Source of the DNA: a virus
Lineage: Duplodnaviria; Caudoviricetes
IMG/VR virus record: IMGVR_UViG_3300014697_000001
Coordinates: 186,516-250,515 of that record
Strand: one strand, 5' to 3'
Length of the DNA: 64,000 nucleotides
Shown one piece after another: positions 49,626 through 59,027 of the stretch. The number at the start of each line of letters is the position of its first letter. Position 1 is the stretch's first letter. The translations under genes were made by a program, and so were the position numbers. The notes under the pieces are model-generated. The model was not told the DNA's origin. It saw only the letters and a list, made by a program, of their open reading frames with translations, and ran no database searches.

Positions 49626-52538
49626 TTAATTGACCCCATAATAAGCGAGAAGTCCTTGCCGCGCTTTCTCGTTCGGCAGTTCCTTCAGTGCAGTGGTCCA
49701 TTCGGTCAGACGTACAGCACGGTCCCGGTTGGCCGGATCGCACGTGGTCATCAGGATGGCAGTCATGTTCTGGAAATTACGCAACCCTTTCGGGGTAATT
49801 GCCATTTGACCGACGCCTACGTAAAGCTTCTTGGCTGACGTGATGCCAGTACTGTGCTTGTGGAAGAACAGCAGCAGTTCAGTCCAGCCTTGTACGAAGT
49901 CTTCACCTTCCAGACGCAGGACACGGCTGATGCAGCGCTCCAACAGCGTCTGATAGGGTGCAGCTTTGAGCGCGTTGCTCCCGGCAGCCTCACGCCCTTG
50001 GGCGTAGCTGGCCAGGTCATCGGTGACGAATTTAACCGTCATGGTCATTGACTCCTCAGTAATTTCAGCGATGCGACGTTTGATCGAATCATCATCAAGT
50101 AAAGCAGATACCCCAAACAGACGACTGGCTTGATTGACCAGTTCTTCTGAGGAGGCGTTAATACCTGGCAGGATCAGGCCTCGACACCAGGCTTTTATTT
50201 CACGACGGGTCCAGTGCTTGGCAGGCCGCGCATCACGATTGCGATCACGTAGCCAGATACCACTCGGAGTAGCCGGGACCTCGGTGCCATGTAGAACATA
50301 GGATTTGGCATCCTCGCGGTACCAGAACACCGGGACCTTGAACCTGACATAAGTCTCATGCCAGAGTTGTTCTTCAGTGGCTGCTTCAGTTGGCTGAATA
50401 TCCCCGCTCAACCAGGCCTTAAGTTCCACCTCACGCCATTCGCTGGCGCTCCGATAGATACGGGTCGGGTCGTTGAGGTAAACCCCGCTCTCCAATGCAC
50501 GCGGGACGGTTTGCCGTTCCAGGAACATCAAGACTTCGCGATCACTCCAGTTCACATCATTGTGACCATACTGAATCCGGATCAGTTCACGCACCCGAGT
50601 CATAAAGGCAACACAATCGGGAGAAAACTCCGCACTGATCTCGCCCCGGTTGAGGGCTTGCAGTTCTTTCCAGGTCCACTTGACAGGGGTGCTAGTGTCA
50701 CGAAGACGGTCTTCGACCAGGACACCATCAGCTGTCACAGTGGGCTGGGTTCCATTCCTGAAATGGGCCAGTACTTGTTGATCTGTCCAATGGGCATCAA
50801 TTCGGTGCCGGCCTCGGACGAGGTTGAATAACTCCGCTTCCAATTCCGGTGAGACTGTCATGTTACCGTCCAACCATGCCTTGAGTTGTGCATCCGATGC
50901 TATGTTTGCAACTGTGATAGGGGCAATGACCTCTGCCTCATATTCACCATTGGCTACAAACCGCTTGACCTGCTCATCGTTAAGATGCCCCGGCACGTTG
51001 AACCGCACCCGTAACGTCAGCATGATTTCATCAGGTTTTGCAGTGGCTGTCCGAATCTTCCCAGCTGCATAGGCAGTCAGTTCTTCATCAGTCCAGTCAC
51101 CTGGGTGTTTCTTGTCCCGGATAACATCTTCGACCAACATCCCGCTGTCAAAGCCCTCAGGAAGCTCATGGAGAGCAATGAATGACTTGACTGCATCATC
51201 GGTCCAGTTTGTCACGAAAGGCCCACAATGAAGCCGTAGGGCCGCTATGAGGGTTGCCTCGGTAGTATTGAGTCCTGCCGGGATCAAACCACGCGCCCAC
51301 CCGACCAATTCCGCCAGTGACCACCTGGAAGCGGACAGTAAAGTCCGTTGCTCACTGTCTGCAATGATCTCGTCAGAGGTACTTACAGACAACGCATCAA
51401 ACAGAGGTGAATCCTCGGTCACCAAATCGGTCCAGACCGTTGGAGTAACGGGCGGTAGCTCTTCTTCGGGCTCTGGCTCTTCGAGCACTTCTTCCTCAAC
51501 CACTACTTCATCGAGGGTTTCAGGCTCGGGAGTTTCGACTGTCTCGGGCTCAGGTTCTGGGAGCTCTTCTGGTTCGACGACTTCGACCGGTTCTTCTGGG
51601 ATCACCCCATCGAGCAGGTAGTTGCGCCGCTGATCCTCATCCCACCAGCTGTGGTCAATCGCATTCGGTAGCGGAAGACTCTTTTCAAGGACCTCGTATG
51701 CCCGTGTGTCGTTTTCTTCACGCACCAGGCGCTTGAGTTGATCTGTCGAGAAGCGGCTATAATCAAGGTCCACTTCCGGGATCTCTTCGTCCCTGACCCA
51801 AGTCAACAAAGACGCACGGTCCCAGTACCACTCTCCACCGAAGGCATCCAAGGCTCTGGCCAGGAGGGCTTCATCGGTAGAGTCAGGCTCGAGTTCACCC
51901 AAGGCATACGCTTGAAGTTCATCGTCGGTCCAATCGGCGACCGCCTTGCTGGCCCGTCGACGGTCATTGATGAGAACACCATTGCTGGTCAGCTCAGGCT
52001 TGATCCGATCCCTGATATACGCACAGTAGTCTTCAAACGTGATGCCCAGCGGCAAGTCAAACCGTTCGCAGGCCTCATCGAGGATGTAGAGCTTAGAGCG
52101 ATCCAACTCACCGAAGTACCCACACCCAAGATCCACCAGCTCAGAATCATTCCATGTGCTGGCGTCTTTGGTCCAGCGGGCCGGGTCGTTGAGGTAGTTC
52201 CCATTCGGGGTTCTCTCTGGGGTGCGCTCAAACAACAACCAATCGTAAAGTTCCTCTTCACTCCACTTCAAGGCATCTTTATCGACCAATAGGGCCTTGG
52301 TGCGAAGGGTGCGGTAGAAGTCCCCAGTGCCCGGTTGTTGCTGGGTGTAAAGCTCGTTGTTGGCCAGGGCGAACAGTTCGGCCAAAGACCAGTCAGCCAA
52401 ATCGCGGGCTTCTCGTTCGACATCCCCAACCCACAATCCATTTCGAGTCTTGGGAGGTTCCTGCCCCAGCTGCTCGTAAACTGCAATCTCACGTTGCGTC
52501 CATGCTGTGGGATAGACACCGTTGTATTTATCGCTCAT
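49626..52538 (-). CDS. 970-aa Trp-rich repeat protein with acidic Pro/Glu linker and helical C-terminal domain
   Basis: At least seven copies of P-x-x-T-x-[NS]-G-x-x-x-x-D-x-x-R-x(7)-W-x-x-x-E-L-x-A-x-x-x-G. AAGGG RBS. Confidence 0.85.
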   Translation of the reverse strand: MSDKYNGVYPTAWTQREIAVYEQLGQEPPKTRNGLWVGDVEREARDLADWSLAELFALANNELYTQQQPGTGDFYRTLRTKALLVDKDALKWSEEELYDWLLFERTPERTPNGNYLNDPARWTKDASTWNDSELVDLGCGYFGELDRSKLYILDEACERFDLPLGITFEDYCAYIRDRIKPELTSNGVLINDRRRASKAVADWTDDELQAYALGELEPDSTDEALLARALDAFGGEWYWDRASLLTWVRDEEIPEVDLDYSRFSTDQLKRLVREENDTRAYEVLEKSLPLPNAIDHSWWDEDQRRNYLLDGVIPEEPVEVVEPEELPEPEPETVETPEPETLDEVVVEEEVLEEPEPEEELPPVTPTVWTDLVTEDSPLFDALSVSTSDEIIADSEQRTLLSASRWSLAELVGWARGLIPAGLNTTEATLIAALRLHCGPFVTNWTDDAVKSFIALHELPEGFDSGMLVEDVIRDKKHPGDWTDEELTAYAAGKIRTATAKPDEIMLTLRVRFNVPGHLNDEQVKRFVANGEYEAEVIAPITVANIASDAQLKAWLDGNMTVSPELEAELFNLVRGRHRIDAHWTDQQVLAHFRNGTQPTVTADGVLVEDRLRDTSTPVKWTWKELQALNRGEISAEFSPDCVAFMTRVRELIRIQYGHNDVNWSDREVLMFLERQTVPRALESGVYLNDPTRIYRSASEWREVELKAWLSGDIQPTEAATEEQLWHETYVRFKVPVFWYREDAKSYVLHGTEVPATPSGIWLRDRNRDARPAKHWTRREIKAWCRGLILPGINASSEELVNQASRLFGVSALLDDDSIKRRIAEITEESMTMTVKFVTDDLASYAQGREAAGSNALKAAPYQTLLERCISRVLRLEGEDFVQGWTELLLFFHKHSTGITSAKKLYVGVGQMAITPKGLRNFQNMTAILMTTCDPANRDRAVRLTEWTTALKELPNEKARQGLLAYYGVN

Positions 52539-52551
52539 GGTGACACCCTTA

Positions 52552-53859
52552 TCAGGTAAAGGCTTCTGTGATATTGAGTTTGGCGGTCTTCAGTTCTTTT
52601 GCGTGCGCCGAGGCCATCATGATGTCCATGAACTTGGACGCCACTGACGTGTTTTCCGCACCGATGGCAAACGGAATGGCGGCCAGGGCTTCACCGACAC
52701 ACTTGGCACAGAAGTCAGGGCCCTTGGTCCGACAGAACATCGGCGACCGGGTCAAGATAGTCTTGCCTTCCAGTGACTTTGCGCGCTCAGTATCGATCAA
52801 CTTGATCCCACCCGGTACGATCTCCCACAGGCCAGTGTAATACTCGCCTTGACCGGGGTCGATTGTGCGTTCGATCCCAAGCTTGGAGCCACAGTCGTCT
52901 TCACTGATAGTGGTGTTCTGGAACACCCGCATAAAGAACTTAACCGCTTCACCTCCCAGTGCAGTCAATGCCCCACGGTAGAAGGAACCAGCACGGGAGG
53001 AGTTGAACATGTCAACCAGGTAGTCTGTATCCCAGCCTTCGTTGAGGCTATTGACGACCAGCTGTGCATTACCGCCTTCGTTGAAACCAGCCTCAGGACC
53101 GTGAATCAAGAACATCCGCTTACGGGCCGTGCCGAACGACTTTCCTGAACCCAGGAAGAAGCCCTCTGAGGGATCGCCGTCAATCCAGGCCTTGTCCATT
53201 GCGATCAATTCGTTCTGGATCTTGGCCTGAACCACCGGGTCAAACAGGCGGTCTTCGTTCTCTTTGAGCAGTTCGGCGCGGCGTACCCGGACAGCCGGAT
53301 CAGTTGTCAGTGCCTTGGGTGTAAGGGTTGGGACGAATACCTGCACGAAGCCTGCCAAGGCCCCCATGCAGCGCCCATAACGCATGTACATGGACACGGA
53401 GATCTGATCAGGTAATGGTGCCACCCCTTTGACCTTTTCGTCGTCCACCAGGCGTTTGGCGATGATCCGTTCGATCTTACCGATGTTGACCGGCCCCACC
53501 TCGAAGTCAATCCGATTACCGAACGCCTCGACCAGTACAAACCAGTTGAACAGCAGATCCCCATAGGTCGATTCAACTGCGACCTTACAGTTGGGGATCA
53601 TCTCTGGGGTCACGGTAATAGGATCGGCAGGGTAGAAGGCAGGCTCCATGGGTTTAGTGCCATCGAGCGGCACCCACATGTCTCCAGCTTCAGTTGGAAT
53701 GTAGCCTTCGGTATTGTCGCGGTTATACCGGATAGACCAGAGCTTGGGCGCCTCGTCATTTCGAGTTGAGCGCTTGACCGCAAAGGCTTCAACTACCCAG
53801 CCTTTGTAGCGATATGCGCCAGCCTGCAAGGCCTGTACATAGAAGTCAAACTTGTTCAT
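52552..53859 (-). CDS. Virion RNA polymerase beta'-like middle subunit (gp80-like)
   Basis: SLNEG, SRAGS, EDDCGS, RSPMFC...FCAKCVG Zn site, MMASAH. Confidence 0.88.
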   Translation of the reverse strand: MNKFDFYVQALQAGAYRYKGWVVEAFAVKRSTRNDEAPKLWSIRYNRDNTEGYIPTEAGDMWVPLDGTKPMEPAFYPADPITVTPEMIPNCKVAVESTYGDLLFNWFVLVEAFGNRIDFEVGPVNIGKIERIIAKRLVDDEKVKGVAPLPDQISVSMYMRYGRCMGALAGFVQVFVPTLTPKALTTDPAVRVRRAELLKENEDRLFDPVVQAKIQNELIAMDKAWIDGDPSEGFFLGSGKSFGTARKRMFLIHGPEAGFNEGGNAQLVVNSLNEGWDTDYLVDMFNSSRAGSFYRGALTALGGEAVKFFMRVFQNTTISEDDCGSKLGIERTIDPGQGEYYTGLWEIVPGGIKLIDTERAKSLEGKTILTRSPMFCRTKGPDFCAKCVGEALAAIPFAIGAENTSVASKFMDIMMASAHAKELKTAKLNITEAFT

Positions 53860-54688
53860 GGGTAGCGTCCTTCAAGGCACTCAGTCGCACCTTAAGTCGT
53901 TTGTATGTCTTTTGGATGCCCAGAGGGTCGTCCACGATGCTCTCCACGAAGTGCATCACTTCATCTTCCAAGGCATCATGTGGGATATTGCCAAGCAAGG
54001 CGATTGAGAGCAATGCGTCTGCCAGAGTGTCTGCAGACATGGTGACCAAGATCTCGCGGTGCTGCTCGACCATCGTCGTCGTATCTGTCCCGATTGGTAC
54101 GCCAGCCTGCAACGATTCCATACCCACGGTCAGGGCCGTACCGATCAACTGCTGTTGGCGATTGAGCAGAAGCACTGCTTCCTGAACCCCGCTTTGACTT
54201 TCTTCGTTATAGCTCAGGTTGCGTTGAAGCGTGCTCTCGATACTCTGCATAGTAGTCATCGCCACAGAGGCGATTACCGGCAAGTATTCGATGGGGTCTG
54301 CTCCGGTATACACACTTACAACTTCCGCCAGGATCTCTAATGGATCATCGCCTTGCTGTAGAGCTGACAAGGCATATTCGTCCTGATCGTTTGGAGCAAA
54401 GGTCAGAGCATTCAGAATGGCGGCCAGGGTCTGGTGGGTGACCTGATCCAGATCCAGTTCAATTTGCATTTGTCCGAGCAGCGCTGTCACCTGACCGTAA
54501 ATGATGGCAATGACCCGATCCACCAGTGCGGTGGTATCCAGGTTGTTAGCGTCCATGATCAGGTGATGCAGCTGCTCTTTGTACAGAATGGCTTGATGCT
54601 GCTCGAGTGCCCGAGTCAGGTCAAGCAGACCCTCCCAGACCACGGGATCGACCCTGTCTTGGAGAAGCGTAGCAATTTCGTCGAACAT
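53846..54688 (-). CDS. Conserved helical phiKZ-like protein (gp79-like by synteny)
   Basis: 280 aa from ATG 54688 with AAGAGG RBS; overlaps the vRNAP gene start. Confidence 0.7.
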   Translation of the reverse strand: MFDEIATLLQDRVDPVVWEGLLDLTRALEQHQAILYKEQLHHLIMDANNLDTTALVDRVIAIIYGQVTALLGQMQIELDLDQVTHQTLAAILNALTFAPNDQDEYALSALQQGDDPLEILAEVVSVYTGADPIEYLPVIASVAMTTMQSIESTLQRNLSYNEESQSGVQEAVLLLNRQQQLIGTALTVGMESLQAGVPIGTDTTTMVEQHREILVTMSADTLADALLSIALLGNIPHDALEDEVMHFVESIVDDPLGIQKTYKRLKVRLSALKDATHEQV

Positions 54689-54780
54689 AACCGGCCTCTT
54701 GTTCAAAATAAAGTATGCCTAACCTATTATGAGTTAGATACAAATTATTAGCCCAAGAGTTTTAAAAAGGATAGGGGATA

Positions 54781-55182
54781 ATGAACACTACCGCTTCCAA
54801 GCAAACCCCCGCCCAGGGGCTGCATCAATTACGTCAACAGTCACTGCGCATGCTTTTCAATTTCGCTGAATCCACCCAGGCCGTCGCGCGACATAATTGG
54901 GTCAATCCAGATAAGCGTAGCCGCGCCATCAGTTTGGTGGGCTACATCAAGCGTGACCTTGAGGAGTACAAGCGCCGCCTGGATCGTATTGTCAATAAGA
55001 CCGATAGCCTGTCCGGTAAAGTACTGGCACACCCTCACCATCCTGAACTGCTTCAGCTCGGGGGCGAATACCTGAGCTTCATCGACGACGCGACTGCTGT
55101 CATCACACCCCTGATCGGCGAGTTGACCGAACTGCTTTACGATGAACTCGACACCTCTCAGACCACCGCTACGGCCATTTAA
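54781..55182 (+). CDS. Hypothetical helical protein
   Basis: 133 aa, AGGGGA RBS, TATG motifs upstream. Confidence 0.75.
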   Translation: MNTTASKQTPAQGLHQLRQQSLRMLFNFAESTQAVARHNWVNPDKRSRAISLVGYIKRDLEEYKRRLDRIVNKTDSLSGKVLAHPHHPELLQLGGEYLSFIDDATAVITPLIGELTELLYDELDTSQTTATAI

Positions 55183-55196
55183 GGAACCGAAGAACC

Positions 55197-56780
55197 ATGA
55201 GTGAACAAACGCCAAACGACAACGGCGAGCTGGAAATGATCGACGATGTCGTGGAAGATGGCCTGCCTAGCGTGGATGATAATCCGGACGCCTTCGAAGA
55301 AGCCACCCGTGCCCAGGCTCAGGCCCCTGAAGCTGAACAACAGACTCGTCAAACCGAAGACGATCCTACCCTGTGGGACGAGTTCAACACCCCCAACCCC
55401 CACGTCAATCTGGAGTATCCGGTCTACAAGCGTCAAAAGATCGATCCGGCTAAGCCTGCTATCTCCGCACTTAAAGTCGGTGCTGATGAGATGCTGAAGA
55501 TCCTCGAGGCCCGTGGCCTGACCGACCTCGATGAGGAGCGGGTAGCCAAACTCAGCAAGGAAGAACGCCGACTGGTATTCCTTACCCGAAACCTCAGTTC
55601 GATCTGGCAGGATCTCTACTTCGATGGGATTGACAAGGATGGTGATTGGGGTCAGTACGTCCTTCACAACGAAGCCAAACTGGGCGCCGGCAAGGTACGT
55701 CCCGAAAACATGAAAGACCCCGTCATGGCCATTCGGGCTTCTTTCGGTCAAGGGTCTGTTGTTCAGGTCCCGCTATGGAACACTGGTCTCTGGATCTCGT
55801 TCCGGGCACCAGCCATTCAAGCCCTGTTGGACCTGGATCAACGCATTCGCATGGAGAAGATCACCCTCGGTCGTGCGGCCAACGGCATGTCTTTCTCCAA
55901 CACCGAAGTCTACACTGTTGAGACGTACATGCGCTTCGCACTGGAGCACGTGGTGTCGGTCAACTACCAGTTTGAGACTGGGGATACGGTAGATGAATTG
56001 CTGTCGGTGATCCGTTCCCGTGATTACCAGCAAGTGCTGTGGGGTCTGGTCAGTGCCATGTATCCGGATGGCTACATGTTCCGTCAGCCGTGTGTTGCTG
56101 ACAACTGCAGTCACATCGATGAAATGGTGCTCAACTTTGCCCGTCTGGGTGTCGTTGACCGTGACAAGATCAGTGCCAAGCAAGCGCTGCTGATGGCGTC
56201 GCGTAAAACCAAGCGTGACCGTGCCTGGCTGGAGGAGTACCAAAAGGAATTCAGCTTCTACGAGAAACGCGTAACGCTGAACGATACCCTGACGGCAGTC
56301 CTGCGGGTTCCGACCCTGCAAGACCAGATCACAGCCGGCCACCTCTGGGTCGATGGTATCTCCAAAGCCACCAACGAAGCCTTCGGACATCGTTTGGCGG
56401 AAATGGATCGGGTGCGCCACATCATGCGTTCGGGTGCCATGACCAACTTGCGTCAATACAGTCACTGGGTAGCGCATTTCGAGCACAGCCTTGACCCCGA
56501 CACCGAGCCACGTATCATCGGCGAAGTCGAGGACAAGGACCGTGTACTGGAAATGTTGAGTGAATCGCCCGAGCTGTCCGATAAGCTCAGTACCGAAGTC
56601 ATGACATGGATTCAGAAGTCTACGGTATCCTACGTGGGGCTCCCTAAGATCAAGTGTCCGTCCTGTCAGAAAGATCCGGTGGATGAAACCCATCCTCACC
56701 TGATCCCGCTTGACATAGGTTACATTTTTTTCACCCTAGCCGCGTTCAAGATCAGCCAGGTCGAAGGCGCGGCGGACTGA
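55197..56780 (+). CDS. Conserved phiKZ-like protein, possible baseplate-hub/tail assembly chaperone with Zn site
   Basis: 527 aa, acidic N-terminus, CVADNC and CPSC, AAGGA RBS. Slippery site near the 3' end. Confidence 0.7.
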   Translation: MSEQTPNDNGELEMIDDVVEDGLPSVDDNPDAFEEATRAQAQAPEAEQQTRQTEDDPTLWDEFNTPNPHVNLEYPVYKRQKIDPAKPAISALKVGADEMLKILEARGLTDLDEERVAKLSKEERRLVFLTRNLSSIWQDLYFDGIDKDGDWGQYVLHNEAKLGAGKVRPENMKDPVMAIRASFGQGSVVQVPLWNTGLWISFRAPAIQALLDLDQRIRMEKITLGRAANGMSFSNTEVYTVETYMRFALEHVVSVNYQFETGDTVDELLSVIRSRDYQQVLWGLVSAMYPDGYMFRQPCVADNCSHIDEMVLNFARLGVVDRDKISAKQALLMASRKTKRDRAWLEEYQKEFSFYEKRVTLNDTLTAVLRVPTLQDQITAGHLWVDGISKATNEAFGHRLAEMDRVRHIMRSGAMTNLRQYSHWVAHFEHSLDPDTEPRIIGEVEDKDRVLEMLSESPELSDKLSTEVMTWIQKSTVSYVGLPKIKCPSCQKDPVDETHPHLIPLDIGYIFFTLAAFKISQVEGAAD

Positions 56781-57214
56781 GTCTCCACCATGGGCAGCAC
56801 GTATCCGACCGAGGCTTCGGCATCGAGCGGTTGCTAGATAGAGACACTCTCTCCACACTGGACAAGGAGCTTTCGACGTTTGAAGGTACTTTAGACAGTG
56901 TGGCTGCGCATCTGGTGGTGACGGAGTGCTACGATGAATACTTCGGCATCTATGAGAACAGCAGTCAAGGGAGAAGTCCTTTTGCACTAGCGGCTTTGCA
57001 CGAGCCGGAAGACCTGTCGGCGGTTGATCCGTTTGACACGTACCTGGAACGCTACTTGGCAGCGAACGTCCTCAAGTTCACCGGCATCGACTATGTTACC
57101 TTCATGACCCTCCCCCGTGACCGGGCAGAGGCTATCTTGAAGCGCTGTGATTCGATCTCGATGAAAGAGGATGCAAGCGTAGGGCAGTTGATGGATCAGG
57201 TCGGAATCAAGTGA
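56726..57214 (+). CDS. -1 frame extension of the 527-aa protein (listed ORF 56831..57214)
   Basis: The frame is open from the T-TTT-TTC heptamer at 56726. There is no upstream ATG or clear RBS for independent initiation. Confidence 0.65.
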   Translation, partial: FFHPSRVQDQPGRRRGGLSLHHGQHVSDRGFGIERLLDRDTLSTLDKELSTFEGTLDSVAAHLVVTECYDEYFGIYENSSQGRSPFALAALHEPEDLSAVDPFDTYLERYLAANVLKFTGIDYVTFMTLPRDRAEAILKRCDSISMKEDASVGQLMDQVGIK

Positions 57215-57317
57215 TGCAGAATAGAGGAGGGGCTTAGGCCCCTCTTTCTATTTGATTGGATTGAAATCCTACATTATCAAGTCGACATGTTCGTAAACCA
57301 CTTGAGATACTGCACCC

Positions 57318-57944
57318 ATGACGACCATCATCTTAACCCCCACTCACCTTTACGCCGAACGACAGGTCAGTCGCATTGCAAAGAACCAGCATCATCAATG
57401 TACCGACTGCGATGGCACCAACATTGTCGTCTCCAGCAAAACCCGTGAAGACAGCAAGATCACGATCCCGTCAGAAGAGATCCTGTACGGTGGCAGTCCC
57501 ATTCTCGCCATCACATCGTGCGGCTCTAAAAAGGCCGGTGATAAGTACAAGAACCTCATTCTTCAGGGACATTGTCCTGTGAAGATCATCGAGGACTTCC
57601 GAAAAGTCGATAAGTACGACCCGGTGTTATCGTGCCGCTTGTTCGTGGTCACTGAAGAACGTGCCTACCTGCTGCTAATTTCTTCGATCCGGGTAGTCAG
57701 GCAGGCCATCAGCCCCAAACGAGAAATGTCGTTCATGGGGTCGGGTGGATACATAGGTGAAGCTCTGCTCAAGGTATTCCCTAAGATCAAACCCCTCCAA
57801 CTCATGTCCACCATGATTGAACATGACAGTTGCTCGGGCGGGATGGTAGACGTGGTCAACTACCGCAGTAAGCGCAAAATCATCAAAACCCTTGAGCTGA
57901 AGGATCTCCCACCGCCGTTGAAAGACCTTTCTGTTCCCCGTTAA
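57318..57944 (+). CDS. HslV/proteasome-beta-like Ntn hydrolase
   Basis: N-terminal MTTI, SKI, MGSGG and HDSCSGG motifs; inserted CTDC. Confidence 0.7.
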   Translation: MTTIILTPTHLYAERQVSRIAKNQHHQCTDCDGTNIVVSSKTREDSKITIPSEEILYGGSPILAITSCGSKKAGDKYKNLILQGHCPVKIIEDFRKVDKYDPVLSCRLFVVTEERAYLLLISSIRVVRQAISPKREMSFMGSGGYIGEALLKVFPKIKPLQLMSTMIEHDSCSGGMVDVVNYRSKRKIIKTLELKDLPPPLKDLSVPR

Positions 57945-57958
57945 GGAGAAAGTTTTAC

Positions 57959-58426
57959 ATGGCATTGACGATTTTACAGGAGGATCTATTTAAAGTACCG
58001 GCCGATACACGAGTTATAAGTATCAACCTTAAGGGTGCAATGGGTGCAGGTGTTGCTAAAACCGCAAGGGACACCATCCCAGGGCTTTACACGCACTACA
58101 AGAAGATGTACCCAAAGATCCGTCCCGATCAGTTTATCCTGTACCGTCATGAGGGAACCAACTACCTGCTGATCCCCACCAAGATCGACTGGAAGAAGCC
58201 CTCTCCCCGTGACCTGGTCATCCATAACCTTAACCGTCTGGTCATCATGTCCAACCGTACCCGAGAACTGGGGACCATTGCACTTCCTCCTTTAGGGTGT
58301 GGCAATGGCGGCCTTGATTGGGAAGATGACATCCGTTACGTGTATATGGCTCTGATGTCTTTTGTCCAAACTGAATTTATCGCCTGTCTAGGAGAACCGA
58401 AAGGTACCCATGGCCAAGCCCTTTAA
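57959..58426 (+). CDS. Macrodomain protein (DarG/TARG1-like ADP-ribose glycohydrolase)
   Basis: DLF, N..GAMGAGVA, IPTK..W, IALPPLGCGNGGLDW. Confidence 0.85.
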   Translation: MALTILQEDLFKVPADTRVISINLKGAMGAGVAKTARDTIPGLYTHYKKMYPKIRPDQFILYRHEGTNYLLIPTKIDWKKPSPRDLVIHNLNRLVIMSNRTRELGTIALPPLGCGNGGLDWEDDIRYVYMALMSFVQTEFIACLGEPKGTHGQAL

Positions 58427-58574
58427 CTACAGTCCATTCGGCGCGCAGTCTGCAGTCTGTGACATCTGTAACCACCGCCGGTGCGACCCCCGCTATAGCC
58501 ACGTAAAGTGTGCAAAGATCCGCAGTAAACGTCCCATCAAGGCACCTACGCCAATGAAAGGAGCATCGAAATGA
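58410..58574 (+). CDS. Small basic zinc-finger protein (54 aa, below the ORF-track cutoff)
   Basis: MAKPFNYSPFGAQSAVCDICNHRRCDPRYSHVKCAKIRSKR...; overlaps both neighbours (ATGA with the next gene). Confidence 0.65.
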   Translation: MAKPFNYSPFGAQSAVCDICNHRRCDPRYSHVKCAKIRSKRPIKAPTPMKGASK

Positions 58575-59008
58575 TTCAAGTCACCAACATCGCCAAGGAC
58601 AAAGTCGGCAGCATCCCCATGGATGCACCGCTGATCAGCATCTCGGATAAGTATTCTTACGGCGCAGCCATCCCCAACGAAAAGAACCGCCCCCTGTTGA
58701 AGCTGGACTTCTTTCCCGGTGATCACATCGATTTCGACAACCGGGACCACTGCATGCGTCCTGAACTCGCCAAGAAGATCTTTGACTTCATGGCTAAACG
58801 TAAGGACGGTGAAGTCGTTTACATTCAGTGTGGTGAAGGTCGTTTTCGTTCTTACACCTTGTGCACGATGCTCGAACATCTACTGTACCCCAGGGTCCGT
58901 CATAACCGCGAGCTGGCCACTGTCAAGCAGGGGAATGAAGATCGGTACACCGCCCGTGAACTGGTCAAGTATTACGAACGACACATTGATGATGGCGAGG
59001 ACTCGTAA
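58571..59008 (+). CDS. Cys-based (CX5R) phosphatase, PTP/DSP-like
   Basis: LISISD, LDF, and P-loop VYIQCGEGRFRS; AAGGAG RBS. Confidence 0.8.
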   Translation: MIQVTNIAKDKVGSIPMDAPLISISDKYSYGAAIPNEKNRPLLKLDFFPGDHIDFDNRDHCMRPELAKKIFDFMAKRKDGEVVYIQCGEGRFRSYTLCTMLEHLLYPRVRHNRELATVKQGNEDRYTARELVKYYERHIDDGEDS

Positions 59009-59027
59009 AAAAGTCCACACGTGAGAT

